From Malacoraja senta (lineage: Eukaryota), in contig JAXLNO010005561.1 in the NCBI GenBank assembly GCA_038087875.1, positions 62,001-126,000 on the forward strand: 64,000 nucleotides of DNA, written 5' to 3'. Positions 35,955-48,620 of the stretch are shown here, piece by piece; within the stretch, counting starts at the first letter, position 1, and every line of letters starts with the position of its first letter. Position numbers and translations under genes: made by a program. The notes beneath the pieces were generated by a model, which worked only from the letters and a program-made list of their open reading frames with translations, was not told the origin of the DNA and did not search any database.

Positions 35955-37078
35955 GTTAATAAACAGCAATAAAAGTTTCCAAAGGTGATGGAAAGACCAG
36001 GTGCTGAGAGCCCTCTTATACCTGCATTAAGGAGGCATTTAAACACACCTGAGCAATTACAAACACCTGTGAATATATGTGTCCCAAACATTATGGTGCC
36101 CTGAAATGGGGTACTATGTTTAAACACTGCTGTATTTCTACATGTTGAAACCAAAATGTATAAAAATCTGACAGATTTTTAATAAAATCTGACAATGTGC
36201 ACTTTAACCACATGCGATTTTTTTCTATTACAAATCTCAAATTGTGGAGTACAGAGGCAAATAAATAAATGACGGGTCTTTGTCCCAAACATTATGGAGG
36301 GCACTCGCTGTATGTAAGGATTACTCCTGTTAACAATTTTATGCTGCTTCTGTTAAGATTTATCTCTGCCAGCTTGTACTAACCAAACAACTGCACACAA
36401 TAAGCTTTCTGCTTTTAGGAAGGGAGTCTTGCCAACATTTAAAGATCAATCAGGTGAAAGAGTTTGCTGTATCGATGCGGTTGAGAATATTTGAGTTTTT
36501 AAACAATGCAGTGATGTTGTCACCGGGAAACCGCCATGCACAATATACACAGCCCCAATGTTGTGAGGGGGCTAGACAGTATTAAAATACACCAGACAAT
36601 AATGTCATCACATTCGATATAATTGAAAAAACTAGGGCAAGAGTAAATAAAATGAAATTGAAGATTAATTCTTTCCAACATCATTTTTTCCGATAAGTAT
36701 CATTTAGTGTTGCAGAGGAATAGCTGAAGGAGACCACAGTTCCATCATTGTCATTCCTTAAGATAAAGGGATGGAAATTAACAGATCTTTTAATTAGTCC
36801 CTTTAGTAATAATTGCCTATACTTTCATTCCACACAGCGCAGGGAAGCTTGCAAAATCACACCACACTGTAAAGCTGCACTATATGCTTGCTTTAAGCAC
36901 AGAAATCACCGTGAACTTTAAACATTCATCATGACATTTGTGCAAATATATTCTAAAACATTTACTTTTGTTATATTCATTTTCCTAAAGGTCACATGTT
37001 ATTTCAACTGGCAGATTTGCTTTTCGTAAATGGGAAAGAAAACTCAAGAATTAAGATACCGAAAAGTTATAAGAGCTC

Positions 37079-37171
37079 GGAGGTAGACACAAAATGCTGG
37101 AGTAACTCAGCAGGACAGGCAGCATCTTTGGAGAGAAGGAATGGGTGACGTTTCAGGTCGAGACCCTTCTT
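37079..37171 (-). mobile_element. 93-bp pLTR/hammerhead-end retro-insertion
   Basis: Perfect 13-bp TSD GTTATAAGAGCTC at 37066-37078 and 37172-37184. Confidence 0.9.
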
Positions 37172-37696
37172 GTTATAAGAGCTCTACAGGTCAAACTGAG
37201 ACTTGGTCTACCATATTTTTTTTGCCGCCAGGAATGAACGTAGGGTCTTAAACTGTATTTGTGACATGCTCACACGGTTACAGGTGGAAAATTGTCAACT
37301 ATGTAAATAAAGGCACACAGAGCAACATCATTCACGTGTAGCTTCCATAGTGTGCAAATCATCCATCAGAGGACATCGGCAGGGAAGCCATTTTGGTGCT
37401 CAATGCTGCATCAAATGTTCCCCCCTTAAATATATCACTGAGACTCTCCATACAGAGAGAGCTGACCACTTTTCATCATTTCTTGCCACAAACAAGCAGC
37501 AGAGCAAGCACAGGAATCAGAGAGGACTGCAAGCTTCACAAGATGCTGGAATGCCACAAACTGCACTTACATCCATCGAAGGGAATGCCTGTCAACCTCA
37601 TTCTCTGCTGGCAGTGCCTCAACATTCAGCTGGCAGTGTGTGGTGGAAATCAGTATTCAGTAAAGTGCTGCCAATCACTTCCTGTAGAGGGAAGTT

Positions 37697-38145
37697 GTCG
37701 AGCAGCCCCCCCGCACGTCCTCTGAGGACCAGAGAGGAGGATGGAGGGAGCCGACAAAAGGTCTGATAAGAGAGTGAACTGGGGTCTTACCTTCTGCGTC
37801 CTCAAGGTCAGTTGCGGGAGGCACGCCCGGGGCACAAAGGCTAAAGGCGGCCAGGCGAGGAGAGGGGTAAAGGTTTGCTGGATGATCTGGACGGAGGCGA
37901 CGTCCATAGGCCCTGCGGCAGCCTGGGGCTCGCTTGGAACGGGCGCCTCTCCAGAAGACCAAGCCCTTGGACTGGACTTTGAAAATAGCGTCAAAGCCTG
38001 ACGACACTTGCATGCGGTTTCAGTGGACTATTTCTGTGTACTTTGTATTAATCGGGGATTGTGCTTAGGTTGGGCAATAGTTTACTGAACTGTATGCAAA
38101 AAAAGAATTTCACTGTACATCAGTACATGTGATAATAAAGAATCA
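37697..38145 (+). mobile_element. Non-autonomous GC-rich retroposon with a Rex1-like 3' tail
   Basis: CpG-rich non-coding body ending in AAAAGAATTTCACTGTACATCAGTACATGTGATAATAAAG, like the tails at 13590-13625 and 53066-53096. Confidence 0.55.
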
Positions 38146-39733
38146 TTTTGTGCCAGCTAGATTGAGCCTCCACAGCAAGCTAAGGGGTGACTACTGAGTA
38201 ACAACAGTCCTTGCGCACATATTTGACCTGCAGAAATGAAGAGCAATATGTATTCAGGCAGTGGTGTAAGCTGTGAGACCTGGGTGTGAAGATGCGGTGG
38301 AGCAAATGATTGTTGAACATTAGTTCCGTCATAGATAGCTGGTAAGAGTGTGACAAAGGTGATAAATGGAGCAGAGCAGAGATTAGAGCATCATTCTGGT
38401 GAAGTCATTGTTACATTGTTTAATAGAGTATCATTACACACATGTCAATAGAAGTGATTGCTTATCAATTTCCTTGGCCGCCTGTAGTGAAACTATCAGT
38501 TGATAATGGAGTCTGATTACTTTAGGGAGGTTACATGGAAACAGTTTCTTTACCCCAGACTCCATCCCTCTCCCCCATCCCAAGAAAGTTTTTTTTCCCT
38601 GCTTGTCAATTTCCAAAGTAATATTTAGGTGGTTCTCTAATTCCCAATCATAATCGTGTTATTACCAATTTGGCCCATGTAATACAGATAGCATTCCCGA
38701 ATTCATCAATCGCATTATATCCAATGCGTGTTATGGAAACATGCATTATAACGCAACAATAGAATATTGCTGCGTCTCAATTCATTATAACAAGCACATC
38801 AATACATATGCTTACAATACTTACATTATGTCAACATGCCAACAGCAATAAGTTTAACAGGTTATTTTACACATTAACAAACAGACGACACCAAGCCCCA
38901 CCCCCCAGGAGTCAAGTGGCAGGAGGTTGTAAATTGTTGCCTTTCTCCACATGTGCACTAAGCTTCAGCCTCTTCCATATTATATTGTTCTGGTGAGTTT
39001 CCTGGGCCAGGTTCAGTGGTGGCAGCACCTGTTCCATTTTATAATGCCTTTATAACCCTTTAAGCTGTTCTGGCTAGCAAGCAATGTTGGCCAGACAGCA
39101 CAATATGGCCCCCCTGACAATGAACATCAAGCTCAACATTGGCTGGACGCTATAGCATTATAATTAGTAGGCAGCACACTATTGGTGGCCACCTGCATTT
39201 CAATGAGGGCGGTGGCTTATTGTACTCTGATTCCTGTGCCCAATTTCAGGGTTGTCAAAGTAACCCCCCCAAACCTCCTCAACTGCAAAAAGTACCCTGT
39301 CACTTGAAATTTTACTCATGCAGCTTTATTTTGAAGTAGGAATTTCAAAACATGCGAGCTACCTTAGTTCTACTGGAACAAAGTCCCTCCATAGTTCTTA
39401 ACCAAAACCTACATTTGATGCGATCTGGTAACTAAGGAGTTAAGCTCATCCACTGGTCCCCATCCCTCATTTTCTGCATCTAGAGTGCAAGCTTTCCTTT
39501 CATGGAACGAAAACAATGACCCTATGAAACAAAAGCCACAGTCCAAGAACAGCTGGCATTCAGGCAGCTTGGAGAATATAAAAAAGACAGCTTAAAATAA
39601 ATCCTTTGGCCTATGCCACTACAGAGGGTGTTTTGTCTGCTTGGACTGTTACCTTGTCTGTATTTTTTTATTCCGAATCATGGAAGGAAGGAAAAAAATT
39701 AATAAATACTATTTATTTTTGTCCATCCGCTCT

Positions 39734-40049
39734 CGGTACGAGTTCATTCCAAGAGCTCTCCCGAGTTTAAAAAAAATCAAACTCGGGGTAAGCATGGAGA
39801 ATGAACATAGCGGGTACGTCAGAGCTCGGGGACGTCTCTCAGCGGCTCGTAACGCTAACGGCAGGTACTCGGGAAGACTTGCTAACAGCAGGTAAGCACG
39901 GGAAGACTTGTGAAGATTTTTCAACATGTTGAAAAATGTCCACGATAGCCCCGAGTACCAACGAGTGGCCATTACCGTAAATCTCCGAGTTTGAATCAGG
40001 GCAAACTCTGGAGAGCTCTTGGAATTAACTCGTACCGTGGGACAGGGGT
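39734..40049. mobile_element. PIF/Harbinger-type MITE, left TIR tip missing
   Basis: Reverse-complement homolog of 35326-35625; ends CGTGGGACAGGGGT followed by TTA. Confidence 0.8.
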
Positions 40050-41331
40050 TTAAATGTTCATATGTTGCAGATGCAAACAAGCTCAAACTTACTACAGCCC
40101 TGCTGAGAATACAGCAGTTGAAACCAAGGCAAGGCATGATTCTAACAAGTCGTTGGGAAGAGGTAAAGAGAAAGAAATGGAGCATTGAGAGAAAGTGAAA
40201 GTATATAGACCACTGAACAAACACAGGCCCAGAAATGGGATGTTGTCAAGATAATTCAATCTGCAGCACTAAACAATATCTTGTTCACATTGGAGGGAAA
40301 GTCAGATATGTCCACTTTGGCTGACCGGCTGCTTTGAGAGACATGCCAGGACATATTGAAGAAATATGTGATGACAGATTATTCCAAAAATAGATAGAAG
40401 AGCAGCCACTGAAGAGGAGACATGGATTAACAGGAGTCAAGTTGGAAAGTGGCAAGGTCTGTGGATCAGGAAACAATTGTAGCACCAGAAACCCAAACAA
40501 AGCTATGAAGCTCTGGGAAAGCCAGTCAACCAGCTGAACTGATAATTGCTTGAAAATTCCTTTCAAAGAGGGAAAACAGCAAATTTACACGCAATAGTGT
40601 GCACAATATGTAAGTATTTAAGTGTACATTTGACATAAACTCATATGGTATTGCTGTTAGCCCTCAATAAAGAGTTCTTACATTCTAGGTGTCTCCTCCA
40701 GTTCATTTAAAGCAGTATTCATCAGATCTACAATTGTTATATACAAACCAATAAACTACATTAGCAAACAAACCTACATATTCACTAGATGGAGGATATT
40801 AATATTGGGTATAATTCAGCACTAAGATTTGATTAAACACTCAGAGCATCCTAACTATCTGCTTGAATCTTGCTCATCACACTATCTGAAACCCTTAAAA
40901 CTGCTAATACTTTGAAAACTACTCAGTCAGCCAACCATTTTCCAGTAAAACATGGCCACTATGATATTAATTGTCCTACCAGTTGCCTGATATTGCACAA
41001 GATTAGAGGATTTTATCATCCTTTTACATGGTCAGATTTCTACAGTAGTGTGACACTGATGCATTGTTACACTGATCAGCTGCATAACTACAAGTGTTCC
41101 TGTAACAGGTCTATACTTCACCAGCAGCAACACTGATCATTACACTGGCGATGAGTGCAAACTCAATGCAAAATCTGCTTTTGCACAATTCTCTTAGCAC
41201 TGAACAATCAACAAAACTTGCATAAGGAGGCCTGCAGCAAATGTTTGTACTAATGGAAATTGCTTTCCTTTGAAGTGACAGAAATCTATTGAACATTAAA
41301 AAAAAAACATTATTAAGCAAACATAAGTTAA

Positions 41332-41457
41332 CTGAAGAAGGGTTCTGACCCAAAATGTCACCTATCCATGTTCTCCAGAGATGCTGATTGACTCGCTGCG
41401 TTATTCGAGCACTTTGTGCCCTTTTGTATAAACCAGCATCCGCAGTTCCGTGTTTCT
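41332..41457 (+). mobile_element. Short pLTR copy (decayed hammerhead)
   Basis: CTGAAGAAGGGTTCTGACCCAAAATGTCACC; TSD-like ATAAGTTAACT (41323-41333) / ATAAATTAACT (41458-41468). Confidence 0.8.
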
Positions 41458-42144
41458 ATAAATTAACTTTCTTTTGAAATTGAAAATAATTTAACTGTTC
41501 TCTATTGTCAATCTGATCTATTTTTAGATTTCTGAAAAACTTTGAAATGTTGTCTAATTTGTAATAAAGCTAACCATAAAACATTACCTTTTTCATAATC
41601 TACGTTGGACATTATAATGGGTTGATCCCAAAAGATTAACTAAATCGCTGATAGCATTAATTTGAATAAATCCATTTACAGACAAATGTGAGCACAAAAG
41701 GTCACGGTTCCACATTGAACTCACTCTCTGGAATACGGCAGCCACTTCCATTCAATAGGCTAACCTCACACACAGAAATTGACTCAAGGGCTGGTCCACA
41801 CATTCAGATAACAAAAGGTATGTACAGTTCAGTAGTGTCTAGTTATGGGTAACACTTTAAATATAGAACACCTACAATTGTTCTGAGCCCACAGGAGATT
41901 AAACTTTCCACTTGGCAGAGAATGTCAGCCATTAGAGCTTTTGTTCAGATGATAGCAGACAATCTCTTCACTGACCCCAGTTTCACTCTCATCAAATATG
42001 TTGGGAAGGCAGAATGTATACCAAAAGGTTGATCTTTTAACCTACTGTAACTCCCTTTAAACCAAGATTTTGGCATGGTGCTGCAAATTATTATCTGATG
42101 TTCAGTGGAGGCTTTTTACTTGGACATGTCGATCACACAAACGT

Positions 42145-42262
42145 AGAAGGGTCTCGACCCGAAACATCACCCATTCCTTCTCTCCAGAGATGCTGCCTGG
42201 TGTGTTACTCCTGCTTTTTGAGTCTATCTTCGGTTTAAACCAGCATCTGCGGTTCCTTCTTA
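42145..42262 (+). mobile_element. Short pLTR copy
   Basis: AGAAGGGTCTCGACCCGAAACATCACCCATTCCTTCTCTCCAGAGATGCTGCCTG. Confidence 0.8.
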
Positions 42263-42482
42263 CACATAATTAATTTTACGGTGTGTATGCAAGTTGGCCA
42301 GGTCCAAATATTCAAAAACATTATATTCATATTGTCCAAAGAAACTGATATATGTGATGTCCCCAACATAAGATGTCCCCAACATAATTAAAATCAGGCT
42401 ATGATCATACCAATCAATATTTAGCACACCTAAAAATTGGGTTTCATTTATTTCTGGTACACTATTCGCCAATATCCGTATA

Positions 42483-42585
42483 AACCTTTACTATCCATGT
42501 ATCTGTCCATGTGCCTTTTAAATGTTATAGTACCTGCCTCAACTACCTCCCCTGGCAGCTCGTGCCATGTACCCACCACCCTCTT
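42483..42585 (-). mobile_element. CR1 fragment
   Basis: AACCTTTACTATCCATGTATCTGTCC...CCTGCCTCAACTACCTCCCCTGGCAGCTCGTGCCA. Confidence 0.7.
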
Positions 42586-42701
42586 TGCCTTGCTCGTTAT
42601 GTGCTAGAGTTCCAATTCACATGGCTAAAAACAGAAATTAACACTACATACACAGGGATGACAGGAGATGCGTGGCCTGGCACCAGGGAAACATCATGCT
42701 G

Positions 42702-43590
42702 CAAGTCAAGTGAAGTCAAGTTTATTTGTCACATGCACATACAAGATGTGCAGCGAAATGAAAGTGGCAATGCCTGCGGATTGTGCAAAAAACGACAGAA
42801 CAGAATAGAACAGAATCAGTATTTACATATTAGAGGGGAAAAAACAGCCATTTAAAAAAGACACAACACAACAGTAAATTGGTACAGTAAATTAGTCCCT
42901 GGTGAGATAAGAGTTTACAGTCCTAATGGCCTGTGGGAAGAAACTCCGTCTCATCCTCTCTGTTTTCACAGCATGGCAGCGGGGGCGTTTGCCTGACCGT
43001 GGCAGCTAGAACAGTCCGTTGCTGGGGTGGTAGGGGTCCTTCATTATGTTGCTGGCTCTGGATCTGCACCTCCTGGTGTATAGGTCCTGCAGGGGGGCGA
43101 GTGTAGTTCCCATAGTGCGTTCGGCCGAACACACTACTCTCTGCAGAGCCTTCTTGTCCTGGACAGAGCAGTTCCCAAACCAGATTGTGATGTTGCCGGA
43201 CAAGATGCTTTCTACAGCCCCTGAGTAGAAGCACTGAAGGATCCTCAGAGAGACTCTGAATTTTCTCAGCTGCCCGAGGTGATAAAGGCGCTACCTTGCC
43301 TTACTCACCAGTGCGGCAGCGTGTGATGTCCATGTCAGATCCTCTGCGATGTGGACTCCCAGGTATTTAAAGCAGCTCACCCTGTCCACAGTAGCCCCAT
43401 TTATCTCCAAGGGCGTATACGTCCTCGGATGTTGTGCCCTTCTAAAGTCCACAATCAGCTCCTTGGTTTTTATGACATTCAAGAGGAGGAGGCTGTTGTC
43501 CTGACACCAGAGTGCCAGATCAGCCACCTCCTCCCGGTAGGCCTTCTCATTGTTATCGGCGATCAAGCCCACCATCAGTGTCATCAGCAA
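42702..43590 (-). mobile_element. Rex1/Babar LINE 3' fragment
   Basis: Starts at the ADDT motif; GLIADNNEKAYREEVADLALWCQDNSL...KTKELIVDFRR...FKYLGVHIAEDLTW; NITIWFGNCS...KDPYHPSNGLF; (ACTTG)n tail. Confidence 0.9.
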
Positions 43591-45327
43591 TGACGAACGT
43601 GTTCAGTTTCCTAATAACTACCCAGACTAGGGTTCAATCATTATTTCTATTTTTAAATGGATGCTCATTCATCCAATTCCTAATTGGATCTATATTGGTG
43701 GTTCCTTTGTTTTTTCCCCAAAAATTACTAAGAAATGTATCTGCCAAAGACTGTAACCATTATTTGCAGCGAAATATATGCGGTAGTTAAACTCACATCA
43801 GTGCACTGTTGTTTATCAAGTCTAAAGTCAGTTTGGGGCTTAGGTAGCAGAAATAATAAATACATTTTCTCAAATATCCCATTTCATCGTTTACACTAAA
43901 GATTATTGCTTTTCAAACAAGATCCTGCACCCATCATAGCCACTCCACTCTACCAGTTACTTATCAGCACCTACAGTCCACAACTGAGCAGGCAAGAACC
44001 AAACCAGACAAGTATAATTGCAGTGACAGCACAAGAGGAGGCTGGCTTTGCTCACAGAGTAAAATGAGAAGAAGCAAATACATAGAGAAAACGTTTAAAA
44101 TAATAGATCAGAATGCGGAAATAAAACAAGATACATTCCACAATTTAATTAGATCATGGCTTATCTGCACCATAATTCTATTTACCCAACTTACTAGTCA
44201 GGAATTTACATTATTTTAGAAATCCTTTCAAGTATCCAAATGAGATATGCTGGTATATACGTGATGAGATTTCAGTTGTAGTGAACAACATTGTATGAAA
44301 ACATTGAAGGGCCCCATTGTTCCTAACTATCTATTATTAGGAAATGAAAATGGGCCGGGCAGTGGCAATGTTTTTGTGCCTGTATGGGACAGAAGGGAAG
44401 CAAGAAAGGGACAGAACACAGTCGTGCTTCCGCTCACACAAGTCGGGAAGAGTCTTGGCAGCAATGCCACCTGTAGTCCCACAGTCTGCTGGCATTCACT
44501 GGGCAGTGTTCACATAATAGGTTAACTGGCTGTGGCCTGAACACTGCCCAAGAAAGTTAGAATATCAAGAATAGAATTTGAAAATAAAACAAAGCAGCGG
44601 TTCACAAGATATTAATGCCACGCTGGCAGAGGTTGGTTTTCATTCATGCAAAAGATGAATTTACCTCCCCGAGGTCCCTCCTCCCCTCTCTGCAGCTGGG
44701 AAAGCTGTTAAAAGAGGAGGCATTTCCTGTCTTTGAGTTTTTTTGTACATTCTTGGCATGCTAAAGGGATGGACTGTAAGATAATCTTGATTGTAAGCCA
44801 AAACTCAATGCTTAGATGAATAAAGGCCTGCAGACTTCAGAGGCAATGTGTAACACACAACGTTTCAGCTCCACCATTGTCATTAAGCCAGATCAAGGCA
44901 GCTAACAAGACAATTTTTCGTAACTTAGGGTTAGTTCAGAAGAATTTGTATTTTTGTGGTAATCTATGTCTCACCAGGTTGAACTGAAACATACATATTA
45001 TTTCAGACTACAATTAAGCAACTCAAATGAAATTCAGACCAGCAATTAAGTGTTGCAATAAATACATTTCCACATGATTTTGAGGAAGTGTATTTGAGAC
45101 ACTTTAATTTAAATGGATTTGTACCAATTTAAAGGCAATTATGAAGGGAACATACAAACAGACAGTGCAGATTTAAAAATCCATACATCATGTGAACATC
45201 TTACAAACAAATTACACGAATGCATATCTGATAATTTGGAAGCAAAAATAAACATAGCTGTGTGATCAAATTTGGGAGCTCTTTCTATGATGGATCAGAT
45301 TTTGTAAAGCTCAAAGGTTTTTTCACT

Positions 45328-45490
45328 TATAGTCAGGGAAACAGGCCCTTTGACCCAACTCATCCAGCATCACCCAGGGTGCTACCATCCACTGTGAAGG
45401 TTCTTCTCGGTTTTGATTTCCCAAAGTGCAACACCTCGCACTTATCTGCATTAATCTCCATTAGCCAGTGCTCAGCCCACTTGCCCATTA
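45328..45490 (-). mobile_element. CR1 remnant (tail fused to RT segment)
   Basis: GGAAACAGGCCCTTTGACCCAAC then CCCAAAGTGCAACACCTCGCACTTATCTGCATT (KCEVLHFG on minus). Confidence 0.7.
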
Positions 45491-46802
45491 CTCTTGTTAT
45501 AATAGTCTAGACAGATTATGCTGGCACAGTGGCAGTACAGGATCCACGGGTGGCATGGCAGGGGTCATTTCTATCATGCTCTGCTATTGTAAAATTCAAT
45601 GGCACTACAAGCTAGTAGAGTCAGCAAGTTCCGAACCTCCATTACACCATTTCCTTGTACGCTCCAGAAGTTCTGTCTGGATTCACAGGTTGGATTGCAA
45701 GTTTGATGAAAAAAATAAATAAAATTGTTCACGTGGGTAGGGTGGTCTAAGAGTTTCGATGGGGTCCATGATCAGGATTGGAGCCAGGGTCCAGGCTGGT
45801 CACAGGGGTGAGAGGGAGAAGGGAGGAGGAATTAGATTATTTTGGGTCAGGAATAAATATTGGCACTGTTGTGGTGGGGTGTGTGGGGAAAGCAGAGGAG
45901 GGGGGGTGGGGGTAAGCAGAAGAAGTTGATAATGTTCCTCCTCAGTCAATATGGGCTTAATTCCCTGGCTACCATCACAGGAGTATTTGAACAGTGAATA
46001 GTTATTGATGTGGGTCTAATGCAGAAATCGCAATCTCAATTAGTGCAAAATTTCCAGACTGATGTAAGACAGAAATGGTCTGGAGGAAAGTACATCATTC
46101 GTTGAACAGGGCTGCAATAGCCAGAACCATGCAATCCAATTTCTGAGCCCAAAGATTTTTCTCATGAATTTTGCTATAATTTCAGTTTCAGCCCTCTGAA
46201 GAGCCTTCCTGCCTCATTTGTTTTCTTTCTTCTTAGAATGACAATTTTCACATTGATATTGATAATTATGCTCAATGGCAGTCATACGATTCCTTTGAGA
46301 GTATTAATCATTCTTTATCTGTGAACTACTTTAGTCATTATAGATTCAATTGTATGTGCTTGGCAGAGTGCTTAGTAACAGCTTAACACACTTTGTGCAA
46401 GTAGAATTTAGCAAATGACTCTGCAGCCAGTAATCTTGGCACAGTCACACCGGCACTCCTAATCTAACAGTTAAAATAGCAACATTTTAGGAAATCTTCT
46501 TGTTTGAGTTGATGCTACAAAGCCATGTGCTAACAAAAAGCAGAGTGCTACAGAAAAGCTGAATCATGGAACAAGAAACAAAATACTGCAAATGCTGAAA
46601 TCCAAAATGCCAAAAATAAAAGCACATTATTCTGCATTTTTTTGGAAAAGATAAGGGTTCAGGTATGGTTACATTTCCAAGTCTTGACAATGAGCTCACA
46701 AACTTGAGTCATTGATTATCTGATCTATCCCTTAATGCCCCTTGACTTGATTAAAAAAATAATTCCAAATAGCGCAAATTTCATAATGTTTTATAATTTA
46801 TC

Positions 46803-48263
46803 TGAAGGATAAGATATAAATGTATTTGAATAGACGTGGGCTGATTAGAGAGAGTCTGCATTGTCTTGTACGTGGGAGATCGTATCATTCAAAGCTTCTT
46901 GAAGAAGTAACTGAAAAGGTTGACGATGGCAGAACCTTAGATGATGTCTATATGAGGTTCCGAATGGTAGGCTGCTCAGGAAAGTCAGATTGCATGAGAT
47001 CCAGGGAAAGTTAGCCGACTGTATAGAGAATTGGCTTCATTGAAAGAAGCAAAGGGTGATGATAGAAGGTTGTTTTTCGCACTGGAGGTCTGTGACTAGT
47101 GGTGTGCCTCAGGGATTGGTGCTGGGCCCATTGCGGCTTGTGGTTTATATCAATGATTTGGATGAGAATGTAGAATGCATGAATAGTAAGTTATTGCAAA
47201 TGCAAGGCACTGGAACCAAGGGTGCCGGAAAATCAGTGGTGAACCTGTATATACCAAACTTTTTTGGGGTTGTTTATTATGGGTTTTACAGAGTACTATG
47301 CTTACATATCTGGAAGTAAGATTTCATTATTCCGTTTTGGGACATATTACAATAAAACACTCTTGACGCTAAAGAGTGTGGTATCATAGATAGACAAGAT
47401 GGTTATTGGAAATTACAGCAGGATGTTGATCACTTGTGCAAGTGTGCTCAGGAATGATTAATTAATTGAGTTTAATGCAGATGAGAGCGAGGTGTTGCAT
47501 TTTGAGATGTCAAACCAGGGCAGGACCTACACAGTGAATGGCAGGGTCCTGGGGAGTGTAGTAGAGCAGAGGGATCTAGGAGTACAGTTACATAGTTTCT
47601 TGAAAGTAGTGTCACATGTAGTTAGGGGTGGTCAATAAGGCTTTCAGTACATTGGCCTTCATCAGTCAGGGTACTGAGTATAGAAGTTGGGATGTTATGT
47701 TACAGTTGAACAAGACATTGGTGAGATCACATTTGGAGTATTGTGATCAGTTTTAGTCACCCTGCTATAGGAAGGATGTTGTTAAGCTCGAAAGAGTGCA
47801 GAGAAGATTTATAAGGATGTGGCCAGGACCCGAGTATAGGGAACAGATTTATAAGGATGTGGCCAGGAATTGAGGGCCTGAGCTATAGGGAAAGGACTAT
47901 ATTCCCTGAGCACAGGAGGATGAGGGCTGATCTCATTGAGGTCTATATGATCATGAGGGGAATACATAGGGTGAATCCAGTATTTTACCCAGAGCAGGGG
48001 AATCAAGAACCTGACGACATAGGTTCAAGGTGAGAAAGAAACGTTTTTAATGTTAGGTATGTGGAATGAGCTACCAGAGGATGAAGTTGAGGTAGGTATT
48101 TTAACACAATTTAAAAGACCTTTGTACAGGTACATGGATCAGAAAGGTATAGAGGAATATGGGCCAAAAACAGGCAGATGAGACTAGTGTAAATGGGGCG
48201 TCTTGGTCGGTATGGGCAAGTTAGGCTGAAGGGCTTGTTTCCATGCTTTATGACTCTGACTCT
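46803..48263 (+). mobile_element. CR1 LINE RT pseudogene to 3' end
   Basis: GLIRES.H..VRGRS, EEVTEKVDDGR, WRSVTSGVPQGLVLGPL..VYINDLDENV, FNADE.EVLHF; (GACTCT)n tail. Confidence 0.92.
47203..47365 (+). mobile_element. Short retroposon 3' end inserted in the CR1 RT
   Basis: Non-CR1 segment ending ACAATAAAACACTCTTG; splits TTGCAAATG|ACGCTAAA (FADDTK region). Confidence 0.6.
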
Positions 48264-48356
48264 AATAGGATGTAATATAAATGATAGAAATTTCAGCAGT
48301 GAGAAAATCATCGAGTTGCTTGTACTAGATGAACGTGAGACCATTTTCTGCAAAAT

Positions 48357-48620
48357 TTTAAGGTGAGAGTGGGAAAGTTTGAAGGAGATTTATGAGGCAT
48401 GTATTTTTTACACAGAGTGAAAGTGCCTGGAATACACAGCCAGGAGCGCAGGCAGAAACAGATAGAATAGCAAAAGCAGTATTTGATAGGCACGTGAACA
48501 GACAGGGAATGGAGGGATACAGACCATGTGCAGGCAGATGAGATTAGTTAGAACCGGCATTGTGATCAGCACAGGCATTATGGGCTGAGGGGCCTGTTCC
48601 TGTGTAATACTATTCTACGT
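48357..48620 (+). mobile_element. CR1 3' end fragment
   Basis: TTTAAGGTGAGAG...TTTTTACACAGAG...GGGCTGAGGGGCCTGTTCCTGTG. Confidence 0.78.

Larger units (their letters stand above)
33629..36310 (-). mobile_element. Tc1-like DNA transposon with long IR/DR-type TIRs and two nested insertions
   Basis: TA at 33627-33628 and 36311-36312; TIR CAGTGCCCTCTATAATGTTTGGGACAAAGACCCGTC... mirrored at 36079-36310; direct repeat ATAATGTTTGGGACA at both ends of each TIR. Confidence 0.93.

Noticed and set aside
37350-38013. Cluster of overlapping 86-138 aa ORFs
   Set aside because: Explained by the high GC of a non-coding repeat; no motif recognised.
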